Assembly: GCF_000315625.1 (NCBI RefSeq)
Contig: NW_005434644.1
Location: 254,973 to 318,972 of the forward strand
Direction: 5' to 3'
Length of the DNA: 64,000 nt
Source: Guillardia theta CCMP2712
Lineage: Eukaryota; Protista; Cryptophyta
Shown: in pieces, positions 24,846 through 38,261 of the stretch
Position numbering within the stretch: position 1 is the first letter of the stretch
Layout of the letters: each line of letters opens with the position of its first letter
Position numbers and translations under genes: made by a program
The notes under the pieces: generated by a model
Told to the model about the DNA's origin: nothing
Seen by the model: the letters and a program-made list of their open reading frames with translations, nothing else
Database searches by the model: none

Positions 24846-27800
24846 TCAAGTGATACAGCAGAATCTGCCTTGTTGCCGTGCCTTCTTCTCTGAGTACCTC
24901 ACGAGAATAAGCGGCTGAGCTTTCTCTTGAAGCTTCTTTGTCGCTCCCACGTGCAGCCCCGACAGCAGAGATCTGTTTGATCAAGTATCAGCCGATTCAT
25001 GCACTGAGTGTACTCCTCCTCCTCCTCCTCCTCCTCCTCCTCCTCCTCCTCCTCCTCCTCCTCACCGTCTTTTTTCACTTATACTTCCCGGGTCCTGTCC
25101 TAAAGTTGCGGACATCTCTTCAAAGCTTTGGCTTCGGCCTTCCTCTCGCCCTGAGATCTCCTTCTCGCCGTCCTCCTCCCATGCAGAATGTTGCCGATCA
25201 GCCCCAGACGTCTCGGGAGCCTCTCTGCTAGCGCTTGACTCTTGGTTGCCTTCAGGACCTTCAGCGTCTCCTTTGGTTTCTCCTCCTTGAGTGTGAACGG
25301 GAACAGGCACGTCACTATGAGACCTTCAAGTCAGCGAATCTCCCACGGGAGAGGAGAACGACCTCGGAGCATCTACGGGCGCAACCTGCTTCTTCTTCAC
25401 CTTCTTCACCTTGGCCTTGGGCGTCTCGTTGTCAGCGCTGGAAGGCGGAGGGATAACAGCCTGAGGTACGTCAGCAAGGAGAGGCAACGGGCCCGCGCCA
25501 TCGGAGCTCAACCTGCCCAAGTTCCCCGGATACTTTAGCCTTGGCCTTCTTCTTGGCCTGTCAAGGTTCAGCCAAATGACGTCAACGATTGCAAGAGACC
25601 TTAGGGAGAAGATCAGCGTCAGCCTCCGATCCTACAAGTCCCTTCTTCTTCTTCTTCTTGACGACGGGCTTCTTCTCCTGCTTCTCCTCCTCCTGCCCCT
25701 CACGTGCCGCTGCTGGCTCTTCCACCTTGTGTCCAGGGGCGTCATGACTGGACTCACCCGGCATCTGCTCTTCCTCCATCCAGTCAGGCTCTGCTTCCTC
25801 ATTGCTCAAGAGCTCGTCGCTGACAGCGTCAAGGGCTTGCTGGAGAGCGAGGTCGAGGTGCTGGTAAGTCCTCGGAGATCCTACGTCAGCACGCGTGCTG
25901 GGAAACTGGCAGAACATCAGAGGTTGAGCAGAGGAACGAAGATGGACGGCACCTTCCTGTGAAGAGCGTCCTTTTTACGTTTGCGGTCCGCCTCCTCCGG
26001 TGAAAGAATCTCCGTCTCTACTTTCAGATCCTTCTTCTTGGTTGGTTTGTCCTTTTGTTGCTGCACACTCGACAGTCAGATCTTCAGTTGATGAAATCAG
26101 TTGAAAACCTTCTCTTCTTCCTCTGATTTGTCTAGAACTTCTTCTGTATGCCCTGAGCTCTTGTTCATAACTTCCTTCTTCTTGTTCACATCTTCCTTCT
26201 TCTCGGGTTCTTGATGGACAATTTCTTGTCTCTCAGATCCTTCAGCAGCCTCTTCATTTTTCTTCGACTTCTTGGCGACACCTTTTTTCTGCTTTGTCTT
26301 GGTCGCTCCTTCTTTCGTCTCCGACGTTTCGTCCCCCTTCTTCTTCTTCTTCTTCTTCTTCTTCAAGCTTTTCTCGTCTGTCTCCCGCTGATCCGCTGGC
26401 AGCTGCTCGTCTCTGCCATCCTCCACCTCTGCGACTTCGCCAGGTCCCCACTCAGGGTGCAAGCTGAGGAGGGGAGGGCTCCGTTGAGTTTCAAGGGTCG
26501 AGGGCGTTGGCTTCTCCTCTGACGTCACGCTGTCGACGATAGACAGAGCTCCCTTCAATGTTTCATTGAGAGCCTGCAGCGACCATCCTGTGACCAAGTC
26601 AACGAGCCGCGCCTTGACAGCCATGGGCTACCTTGGCTCAAGGCAGAATCCAAGAGATGGTCTGACTTCATCCTCCGCTGGTTGTGCGACGGGCGAACGG
26701 AAATCTTGTCGAGCTGGCCAGCTGCAGGTCAACATCCTCTCCAGCACCCTCGTCCCGCATGCGGCTACCTGGAACGGGTCCGGGTGCAGCTTTCTCCATT
26801 CCATCCTCCTCTCGGCCGTCCAGTTGTGCCGCTCGCTCCTCTTTCTCTCCCAGTGCTCCAACTCCGGAGGTTGCGCCCAAAGAAATCCTGTCAGAGGTCA
26901 CAACAGGAGGGGGGCGTCTCAACAAGCACCGTAGTTCTTGGGCAGAAACTTGAAGTTGGGTGTCCCTCGGCTACAAACCTCCACGAAATCCGCGAGCTTC
27001 TGTCCTCTGAGGTATTGTTTGATGAACTGAAGGCTGTCTGCAGAGGTCTTCCCGAAGTCTGTCTTGAACTCCATGAAGCAGTGCGGGAGGAGGAGCGTCT
27101 TCGATGGCAGGTCGATCTCCACTTGCCTGTCGAGCAACTCCATCGCGCAATCCTTCATCTGCTCCTCGATGTTCTCGACGGAGTAGATGTGCATCTTGGC
27201 CGTCCCATGAGTCAGATGGCTGACGCACAGGTGACACAGCGGGTTCAAACTCTTAAGGACCAGCGCAGACTTGTCAGGGTCCAGCTTCTCATCGATCTGC
27301 TGCTTTGAAAACCAGCCGCCTCCCCTGGCGTTCGCACGGAAAATGCCATGAAAGATGTCGTCAAGGGAGAAGACGGTGTACCCGACCACGAAGCAAGAGT
27401 TGTGGAAGAACACTTGCCTCTCCTTATCACTCATCTTCGAGATGTGATGGCCCCCGGACGCGTATGAGTGGATCAGGATTAGGTGATAGAGGTTGAGAAA
27501 GACTGCAAGCTTCTCCCTGTCTGACAGACGCTTCAGGTCAGATCGTTGGATCTCTCCCAGCAGGTTGAGATGTCGCTCGTACGACGCGCTGTTCCGGAAA
27601 GCCGCCCAGTTGATGTCCTGGAAGCCATCGTCGGGCCTGACCTTGTCGATGACGTCTCGCAGGAGGCAGCAGACTGTGATGAGGCGATCGCGTACAACCT
27701 CTCGAATGTCCCTCGGCTCTCCTTTGATGCTCGCTGAAGACAAGGCTCGGCAAACCTTGATGCAGATGATGACCCTCAACGAGACGAAGCGAAAGACCTG

Positions 27801-29004
27801 GAAAGGCGTGCTTCTTCGTTTCCTCTTCATCTGCATGACATGTTAGCAAGCTCGGGGAGGCGTTCGAGTACCTCATAGAACATCCCAAACGTGTTTCGCT
27901 GCGTCTTGAACGACAAGAACCACTCAGTGTCCATGACTGCATCGACGCTCTGAGACAACGAGTCAACTGAGGTGTTGAATCAACATCGTTCATCGCTCAA
28001 CCTGCAAACGATCCGAAGGATTCACAACAAGAATTCGGTCGATGACCGAGTCCTTGGCAAGCTTGGGTATCCACTTTGGAGCCTTATACTGACCCCTCAA
28101 GATGTGTGGTGTATCCTCGAACGGAAATTCTCCGCAGAGCATGGCGTACAGGATGACGCCACAGGACCACAGGTCAGCTAGTCTACCATCGTATCCTTGC
28201 TTGTCTGAGACTACACGTCACCCGCTGGCAACCGCTCGAGCTCGGCTCACCGGTGATGACTTCAGGAGCGATGTAGTCAGGCGAACCACAGCAGGTATGC
28301 ATCGGGTTCGCATTTAGGTCCTTGGAGACGCCGAAGTCGGCGATCTTCAAGACGCCGTCCTTACTCAGAAGAAGATTCTCAAGCTTGAGGTCGCGATGGC
28401 AGTACCCCGAGTCGTGCAGATACTTGAGGCCATTCATGAGCTTTTGGGTGCGGAGAGGGAAACATGGTACAAGTGAGATTCGAGTGATGATCAGAAAGCG
28501 CTAGTTCGGACCTGATTGAAGTAGTGGAACGTGAATCTCTCTCGCTGATTCTTTTTCCACTTCACAACGGTGTCGTACAGCTCTAGAGAAGCACAGCACA
28601 TCATAACTTGCGGGTTTTCAAAGACAGATTTCACCTCCCTTGCCGACATATTCAAGGATGATGTAGGTGTTCTTGTCGTCTTCGAGGACGGTGCGTATCG
28701 CTGTTATGTTCTCATGTGCCAATCGAGTCATGACGTACACTTCGTGCTTCAGCGCTCTACATGACGATGAAAGTCAGCACATTCTCACGAATGTAGCAGA
28801 AACTACTCAGGTAACCTCTTAGAGTTCTCAGAGTTCTTCATGACTTTGACTGCAACCTGCTGGACTGTCACGAAACTCCGCAGGCAGATCCGTTGCATGC
28901 TACAGCACCTGCTTCCTCGTCGAAGAATCCACACCAAGATAGACCGTTCCGGTTGCACCTTTGCCTACCTGCTTTCCAATCTCGTATGGTCCTATGTTCT
29001 TCAT
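24846..29004 (-). CDS. CAMK/SNF1-like Ser/Thr kinase fused to DUF547, with Lys/Glu-rich tail and CaaX-like end
   Basis: Kinase motifs GKGATGTV, VAVK, HRDLKLENLL, DFG, CGSPDYIAPE, DLWSCGVILY. DUF547 signature EKLAVFLNLYH...FSLDDIFHGIFRAN. Last exon (acceptor before 24972) reads ...QQGRFCCIT*. Confidence 0.85.
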
Positions 29005-29920
29005 CTTGACGATGCTGATCACCAACGGATCTAAGAGCGGAGGACGTGACTGTTCCTTGACAAGAGGAGCTTGTTCGACCGTCACACACTCGCTGCCGCA
29101 GCCTCCGCCCCTCTCTCTCCTACGTCCCCTCCCTCAACATGGCATTTTTACCATGCCGACAACCCACCCACCCCCATGTTATCCCGGTATATCTTCGACT
29201 GCTACATCCCAGGGGTGGTGATTAGCCCCTTCCGGACCCACCCAGACGCCAACGGTAGTACCCCCTCCCCCCCCTTGATCGGAGATTTGACCTCCAAACA
29301 GCCGAAAAAAAGGAAAAGATGTTCATAACAGTCGATCAGAAATTTCGCAAACAAGGCGAAGTTTGAGGAGGAGGAGGAGGAGGAGGAGGAGGCAGGAGGA
29401 GGGGGAAGAGGAGGAGGCAGGAGGCAGGAGGAGGGGGAGGAGGAGGAGGCAGGAGGCAGGAGGAGGGGGAGGAGGAGGAGGAGGAGGGGGAGGAGGAGGA
29501 GGAGGAGGAGGAGGGGTTTACAGGGACCAGGGAGAGTGAGAAGCAAGAGAGACGAGAAAGAAGCGCATGGACAAGGAAAGATGAGGGGTAATTGACAACA
29601 AGAACTTCGCAATGGACAGCCTCGTTCTCACGCAGAGGCATCAGCAGACGAACTGCAACAAAGATAGCAAGCAACAAGAAAGATGTGGGTTACGACAAGG
29701 AAGTAGACGAGCAGAGACTAGGAGGGAGAAGTCAAGAGAATCGTGTGGTTGATTGAGTCCTAACTCGCTCCTTCTGTTGGAACTTTGGACGACTGCTGCG
29801 TTTTCGTGGTGAGGCAGCAGGAGGGAACTTGTCTTGTCTCGGGTGGGAAGGGCAACGGAGGAGCGAGTGAAGCAGGAGCACAAGAGTGTAGAATATGAAC
29901 GAGCTACAACCGGAAAAATG

Positions 29921-30369
29921 TCATCTAGGTGATGTATGCTGCCCTGCTGGACGCGAGGAGGAACGGAGCCAACGGTCTCCTGCCTGCTCTACTCCCACCT
30001 GAAAGATTCTTAGCAGGAGGAGGAGGAGGAGGAGGAGGAGGAGGAGGAGGAGGAGGCGGTGGGGGTGGGGGTGGGAGGGGGTGCAACAGACCGGCGAGGT
30101 TGCTCGGAAGACCTCTCGGTCCAGACCTCCGACTTCTCCTCTTCCTGCAGCGACTCCTGCCATGGCATCTCAGCTGGGTAGGAGGTGGACTAAAGGTGAT
30201 CACGTCGGAAATGAGACGACGACAAGCCTTGTTCGGCTCCACCCGGTCCACAACCACTTCCTGCTGGCGGGTGAGAAGGTCGAGGAAGAAGGGAAGAGAG
30301 GAACAGGAGGAACAGGAGGGAGGAAGGAAGGGCAAGGAAGGTAGAGTACTTCTTACCTGGGCAGGAGAA

Positions 30370-30413
<44 letters not shown>

Positions 30414-32882
30414 GGTGGGAGAGGTCGAGCTCTGCCAAACTTCTGCTCCGCGCTCCCTCGCGGTGTAATCTTCGACGTACCTGACGTTGGAAGGACTGGA
30501 AGAAACCATGGTGAAGGGACGATACCGCGTCCAGGGATGGATGGGTGGAAAGAGGGAGAGGGAGGAGAAAGGAGTGGGATAGGGAGAGGAGGAGGGAGGA
30601 GGAGGGAGGAGGAGGAAGGAAGAGGTAGCAGGAGGAGAGTTACTGGAGGATGCATCATGTTTATCACCTTGCTCGCATTGACTCGTTGGCTCCCAGACAC
30701 ATGTAGTCGAGGTTGAGAACAGCAGCCATCTCAGCTTCCTTATGAAGCTGTGAGGATGAGCATAGACGAGGACGAAAAAAAGGAGGACAGGACAGGACAG
30801 GACAGGACAGGACAGGAGGAGGGAGGATACATGGAGAGGAAGACGAGGACAAGGAGGAAGGGGCGAAGCGGGAACGACCAGTTGAACATGGCATTCAGAC
30901 TCACTCGCATGCTCTGAATGACTCCATGGTACTCCTCCATCCTGTCGATGAGACGCCTCCGCTCGACCTCCCATGCTCGCCGCTCCGAGGACCATCTTGC
31001 TGCAAGTGAGGAGGAGAAGGGAGGGGAGGGACTTACTCCTTCATGTCCAAATCTCGCTCCCGGGCCCAGGACTCCCTGATTGGAGGGTGAGACAGTAGGC
31101 TAGAAGAAGAGGGAAAGGGGCGAGAAGATTTCAAACTGCATGAGAGGGAAGGGCAATGGTTGGCAACGGGTGCACGGGAGCTGAGAAGGGAAAGGAGGCA
31201 GGGAGAAGATGAGAGAAGAGGGAGAAGGAGTCATTGCACGTGTGGACGAAAAGAGTGAGGGGGGGGAAGGGGGGGGGGAGGATAAGGAGGAGGAGGACCT
31301 TTCGGATTCCCTCTCCTTCTGGAGCTGCTTGAGAGTGTTCTGCCATGTCTCCTCCACGTTCCTGCAGCCTCTGAGAAGCAACAGAACAGGAGGAAAGCGG
31401 AAGGTCTCACTTGGTGTTGCCGACTGCCTTGTCGTACATGTGCTGGAGATCTTGGAGGGCAGAACTGCCGAGAGGTCAGGAGGAGGAGGCAGAGAACAAG
31501 AACATCTCGCCGATGCTCTTCGCCCTGGGCCTCAAGTTGTCTGTGGATGTCACGGTCAGATCTCAAATGAGAGGAGAGGAGGAGCTGGTGAAGAGAGGAG
31601 GAGCTGGAGACAAATCTCAAGGGCGGTGGGCGGGAGGGCAGGGGATGCGAGGGGATGGAGGATGAACAGGAGGAGACGGCGGTGGAAGGAAGGTAGAGGA
31701 GGGGAGGAGAGGGCATGTCACCGCATCAGCTCCTTGCACTTGGCGGCAGAGACCCGCTCCTCCTTTACAGCACGAGAACATTCTTCCTCCCATGCCTGAA
31801 GGGCAGTGACGTCACTGCAGTCTTCCTCCAATCGCTCCTCCCCTCCCTTCCCCTCCCTTCCCCTCCCTTCCCTTCCCTTCCCTTCCCTTCCTCGATGGAT
31901 CAGAAACTCTCCGTCCAACCTGAGCCTTGCAGACTGCAGCCGATCGAAGATCCTCCATGTTCTGACACCTCGATCGCTCCTGTTGGGCGAGTACGTCACA
32001 GGTTGAAAGAGGCATGAAGATAAGGATGAAAGGAGAAGACGGGGAGAGGGAGAGAAGTGAGAGACAAAAAGGGCAGGAGGGAGAAGGAGAGGAGAGAGGA
32101 GGGAGAGTAGGTAGGGGAGGGAGACAAAGTGTTCAAACCTTCTCGAGCTGATTCGAGAGGACGAGAACTTCTTTCTTCAGCGCGTCTTCACGGCCCTGCA
32201 GGATGAACGTTTCTTCTTTGATGTCTGAGGTGGCAACGTAGTGACCCTAGTGAGCTGAGAACATGTCCGCAAACCTTGAAGCTCTTTGCGGATCTCCTGC
32301 ATCGACTTCTTGTGTTGTTCCGACTCTTGTTTCTTCTCTTTCTCCAGCTGAGAACCGGGTGTCAAGTATGAAAGGTTTTTTTTGCTGCCAGCAACTCACG
32401 GCCTCAATCTTCTCAACGTAGTGATTATGCTGCAGAGTCCTGAGCTCCTCCTGACGCTTCGCGCCTGTTGATGGTGGGGAACAAGGAAAGAGAGAAAGTT
32501 AAAGAGAGCATGGGAGAGGTGATAATGAGAAAAAGCAAAACAAAGGAAAAGGAGGAAAGGACGATGAAGAGGAGGAGGGGGAGGAGGAGGAAAGGGGGGG
32601 AGGAGGAGGAGGCACGTAGAACAAGAGGAGGACAGAGTAGCCGAGGAAGGGGGAAAATGCAGACGACCGGAAAGAGCGACAGAAAAATCAAGGTTTAGAA
32701 AGGGAGGGGAGGGAACTTTCTCACTGTTGAGAGCTTCCTTGAGGGCGAGGATTTCTGTGTTCATTCTCTGTACGCTCTCACTCTCTTGGCTGAGACGATC
32801 TTTGAGCTGGAGAAGAGACAGAGTGAGTGAACGAGTTGAATGAGAGGAGGAAAGAAAAGAGAGACAGGATGCGATGAATATA

Positions 32883-32940
<58 letters not shown>

Positions 32941-35560
32941 TGACAGAAGGAAGAGAGAGGAGGGAGAGAGAGGAAGGAGAGAGAGGAGGAAGACAAGAAG
33001 GAGAGAGAGAAACAAGGAGGTGCGAGGATTCTCAAGAGGAAGAGAAGGTGGCTGGGAGCTGCGGATTTCTCACTCCTGCCATGGCCGTCTCATGCGATCT
33101 TGCGATCCAGACAGAATCTTCCTCCATCTGTTTCAGCTGCGGTCCAGCAGGGTCAACAACTCCAGCTGGTCCTCCTCGTTCTCACCCGTCTCAGGTGCTC
33201 GCTACCCTGCGCCCGCTCCTTCTCAGCGTGCTCTCGAGCTGTTGACGAGCAAGGTTAGGGACGGGAAAGATTGTGAACAGAGGACGAGATGGACAAGAGG
33301 AGCAGAAGGAGAAGGAGAAGGAGAAGGAGAAGTCGTGGAGGAGGATTGAGGAAACAACGAACCTTGTTTGAGATCATCTTCAAGACGATCGATAGTTTGC
33401 TCCTTTCAAGTAACCGCTTCAAGGACGAGGAGAGGAGGAGCAGGAACAAAACCTTCTGTGATAGAGCCTCTCGCGTGTTGCTGAGCTGAGAGTCGAGATA
33501 TTCTTTGTCCTGCACGCTCCGTCAAACCATGATATCAGCAAGCTTGTCTGTCACGTCTTCCAACGTCCTGATCATGTTGTGCAGACGGAGCGATTCTTCT
33601 GTGTTCGCTCGGATCTCTTCCTTCTGTCATGGGCCACAGATGAGAAGAGTATGAGGACAGGACAGGACAGGACAGGACAAAAGAAAGGAGGAATAAGATA
33701 GTTCTTTACCAAGCTTCGGATGTGATCATCCTTTTCACTCAAACTCTCCAAGATCGACGTGTAACTGCAGACACAACATAGTCAACGTCAGGGTCGTCTT
33801 CGTCATCATATTCATCTCCGAATCATCATCATCATCATCATCATCGCTACCATCACCACCATCTCCATCATCATCATTAAGAGCAACATCCATCACGCAA
33901 TCAATCATTCATCTTGTCAAACCTCTTCCGAGCAGACAACAGCTCATCCGAGAGTTTCTCCACCTGTAAGTTTGCGCCAGTCATCTCTGGCCTCATCTCT
34001 GCCTCTCCTCCTCACCTTGTTCACTTCTACAGCGAGTCTCTCAGCAGCAGCGCTCTCCGCCGCCTGCGAGTCTTCGATGGCTCTGGGGAAGGCGGAGGTG
34101 TCAAGTCTGCCGAGCTGGAAGACAGTAGGACCTGTTGTTGGCAAAGGAGAGCTGCTCTTTGAGAGCCGCGACTGAGTCCTCGGCCTTTCGCGCCCTCAAC
34201 TCAACGGTGTGGATCTGCGAGAGAGAGATATGATGAGGGGAGGGAGAGACAACGAAGAAGTTTGTTCTGACCTTCGTCTCAAGATCTCTCCTTTCCTGTC
34301 GCAAACTTTGAACTTCCATACTCATCTGAAGGTGCCAGCTTGACCTTGAACTTGCTACCATCTCTCTGTCTGCCTCACCTCATGTATCCTTGCGTCGTGC
34401 GACTGAAGCTGCTCAGATCCCCTTCGTTTCCATCGTCACGCACAGACGGACAGCACGTTAATTCTTACTTGTCGCATCGCTCACGCAAGGCTTCGTTGGT
34501 CTTCATCAACTTGGCTCGCTCCTCCTCCCACTCTCTCCTGAGGAAACCTCAGCTCTTCGTGTTGCTCGCTTACAAGCGGGATGCCTGTGCATGTCGTGAC
34601 TCGTCTGCTCACCCGACAACAACTTGCGGAGCTGCATCATCTCCTTATCCATCTCTCCGACCTTCGCCTGCAGTGCGACACACCAGCATCACCAGCTGAG
34701 ACTCGTGAGGAAGGAAGCAACCTCTAGCATGGCCTTCTCCCTCTGCAGCTTGCTCTCCTCGTCAAGATGCTTGTTCCGGATCTGACACATGTCATGCTCA
34801 CGATCAACAAGTCTCGTTTGCTGCTCACGTCGAACATCTGGTTCTTCAGATGGTCAATCTCACCCTTCCAGAACCCTTCCGCTGTCTTGTACTGTGACTC
34901 CACATCCTGCATCCAGTCGCTCAACACCGTCCATCCAAACTCCATCCGGGTGCCCCTCCTCTCCCCTTCCTCCCCCTCACCTGCAGACGTTTGAACTCAT
35001 TGGCTGCAACCGCTGTCTTGCGGATCAGGTCTGGAGTAGCGAGAGCGACTCGATCAGCGCTGATGCGGAAGGGGTTGATCTTATCCTTGGCCGCTCTTGG
35101 ATACCAGCATCAGGCTCGATTGAGCAGATATCGCAGAGCACCTGTCGGCCAAGGGAAAGTTGAAGGAAGAATCTTTCAGTTCCCTGCTTGGAGGACGGAC
35201 GACTGGACGGCTGCCTTGCTAGTCAGCAACGCTCTCCTCCCTCCATCACAGCACGTACTGCAATCCTTCCGGCGACCTTGCGGGGATGAGGGTGGGAGCA
35301 TCGTAGGAAGCGCGTATCTTGGGAGACTCGGTTTCTGACAGCATGGCTCGTGGGCCCTCGGAGTATCTTCCGGGGCCTGGATGCCACTTACGAGCCTCGC
35401 TCATCTGCAAGGAAGGAACGTGCTGGTTACGACGTGCTTGCCTCACACAAGCCAGTAAAGATGGATCCTTTGCTGACTATGATCGCATCACTCAGACGAC
35501 TATCGTTGCCCTCCTCCTCTCTCCTCGAAGATTCAGGCTCCTTCGCCTCTTCCCTTGGCT
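29921..35560 (-). CDS. Hypothetical long coiled-coil protein (multi-exon; ends approximate)
   Basis: Many E/K/Q/L-rich exons separated by microsatellite-rich introns; single PGPGRY motif near the N-terminus. Confidence 0.6.
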
Positions 35561-35769
35561 GACTTGTTTCGGTTAAACTTTCAGACTTTCCTCTCTGGCT
35601 CCTCTTCCCCCTCTGTACGCCGTTTTCCCCTCTCCCCTCATCCTCTCTGCCTCTTTCCTGTTCTGAGGCCTTCCCAACCTACTTCCCCTCTCCCCTCCCT
35701 TCTCAGAGTCTCGTGTCTCCCTCTCTCCCCTCTCTCTTTCCTCTCTCTCCTCTCCCCTCCCCTCCCCTC

Positions 35770-35869
35770 NNNNNNNNNNNNNNNNNNNNNNNNNNNNNNN
35801 NNNNNNNNNNNNNNNNNNNNNNNNNNNNNNNNNNNNNNNNNNNNNNNNNNNNNNNNNNNNNNNNNNNNN
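35770..35869. other. Assembly gap (100 N)
   Basis: N run. Confidence 0.99.
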
Positions 35870-35952
35870 CCCTTGATTCGAAAGTGCAATGGGGAATCTG
35901 AGGGGGTAGGGGTCCCTCTGGCCTAAGGGATTTGCAACGGCGAGCGCTGAGC

Positions 35953-38163
35953 ATGTACCCTCAGGGGGAGAAGCAGGGGGAGGAGGAGGAGGAGGAGGAG
36001 GAGGAGGAGGAGGAGGAGGAGGAGGAGGAGGAGGAGGAGGAGGAGGAGGAGGAGGAGGAGATGGAGACGGAATCAGCGATCGCTACTGATAAGAGCAAGA
36101 GATCGATCATTCCGTTCGGAAACAAGGTGTATGAAGTGCGCAGGCAACAAGAAAGGGCCAAGACAGCTGCGGCAAGGGAAGTGAGGAGGCAACAAACGGC
36201 GAGGGCGAAGGCAAGAGAGAGCTTCTTCGCCGCTCGCAGTCAAGACGCTTATGCCTTGGTGCGAGAGAAAGATCAGATCCCATTCCTCGATTACGCTTCA
36301 AAGAATCTCACGCGAATTCCACTGGAGCTGCTGCTGGGCCCGAGGATAGAGAAGCTGTAAGGTTAAATACAGGCGATATCTCACAACTCAAACGCCTTCA
36401 CCTTGCAGACACTTGGGTTTCAACATGCTCGAAAGCCTCGACAGGAGATTCTTCCATCTTCGATCTCTGAGAGTGTTAAATCTCGACCAGGTGATGCGAA
36501 TCTCGGCCTCTTCTACCGCTCAACTGAACTTGATGCGAATAGAATGAGCTCAAGATTATCAATGCTGACTTCAGTCAGCTGGAAACTCTCGAGATCCTTT
36601 CAATCAAGGTGAGAGAGCAATTCTCAGATGCTCACTGCTGACGAGAGTCACAGAGTAACAAGATCGAGGAGATTGACTACCGCTTCTGCAACCTCACCAA
36701 CCTGACCGAGCTCAGCTTGTGCAACAACGAGATCAAAGAACTTCCGCACTCCTTCGGAAAACTATCTAAACTTCGAGCCCTGTGGCTGACTGGGAACAGC
36801 CTCCGACGTCTTCCCCATGAAGAGATCATCACGTTGGCAGATTACGATCCTAAGACTGGCAAGAGATACAAGATCTGCGCTAAGGGGATAGGCTCGCTGA
36901 CAGAGCTTGAGGAGCTGTTCGTAGAATGCAAGTGAGTCTTGACGTGAGACATGCGAACAAGAGGGCTGATTCGTTCCCAGCTCCCTCGAGGAGATCACCA
37001 GCGACCTGGCAAACTGCAAGTCTCTGCGGTATATCAACTTGAGAAGGAACATGATCCGCGAACTGCCACCAGTTCGTGCCATGCAAGGAAAGACATCCAA
37101 CTCTCCTGACGGTCTTCGCAGGCGCTGTCAAGACTGGAGAATCTACAGTGTGTGTCTGCAAGTTCAAACAGATTCAACCTGTTCCCCGAGTGCTTGTTCA
37201 ACTTACCTTGCCTCTCTACCCTCGACCTGAGTTACAACAAGATTCAATCTCTGCCAGAGTCCGTCATGAAAGCTACATCCCTTACAGATCTGGACCTTTC
37301 GAACAATCCCTTGAGACAGCTGCCCAGGTACACGTTGCATTTCAGGGTTGAGCATATGACTGGATGTTGCTGCAGCATCGTCAGCATGACCAACAACCTC
37401 TTGTTCCTACGGACTGAGAACTGTCGCAAAACTCTGGATGGCAAGATTATCGGCCCAGGTACAGCAAATCTCTGCATGTTAGACACTTTCACGATGAGCG
37501 CCTGACGCGGGGCTGATAAGGGTGGCGGAGGCTTTACACTCACTCAGACTCGAAGCCGCACGTGCAGTTTGCAGAGCAGACCCCTGAAAGCATCACTGTA
37601 AGGGAAGCAGAGGCTCGACCGAGTGAGCTAACTCTGAGCTGATGCCTTCTCATTCGTCCTCATCATTTCTATTTCAGAGACTTCCTGCGCTTCACTGTAC
37701 CCCAAATATTTCAACTGCGAAGAAGCTTCTGATCCCGATCGGAAACTTGAAGTGCGGAACTACATCGAGCAGAAGAAAAGATACGATTCGATCCGTGTCA
37801 TCACTCCGATGCTGCAAGACTTGAATTTGATAGACTGGAGGGAAGCAAGAGCGAGGACAAGTCATGCTGAGTCCAAACTGCTGCAAAATATGAATTCGAT
37901 CAAGACTATGGGCTTTCGAGGTCTAAATTCCTTGTCGATTCAGGCAAATCATCGTGTGGCAGGAAACATTCCGCGATCAAAGCTATCTCTGTCAAGATTC
38001 TCCTCGTCACAAACTTTCTCCCAGGTAGTGCGTTGAAAATGACAATCTCGGCAGTCTGAATCTCATTCACTAGCGTTGTTCGACAAGCTACGAGTCCCTC
38101 ATGTATTTCACCAGCCCTTCCACTCCGTTTTCCTGCTCTCGGCCTTCCACCAAACAATTGTAA
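35953..38163 (+). CDS. Leucine-rich repeat protein (SHOC2/typical LRR type) with poly-Glu N-terminus
   Basis: LSLCNNEIKELPHSFGKLSKLRALWLTGNSL, LSTLDLSYNKIQSLPE, LTDLDLSNNPL. Confidence 0.85.
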
Positions 38164-38261
38164 ATTTTCTGTGAATTATCTGGCAAGAACCATGTACACT
38201 AGAACATTTTCTTTAAATAGAAGGTACTAAGCTAAGGAAGAGGAAATGGGCATAATGCCAA

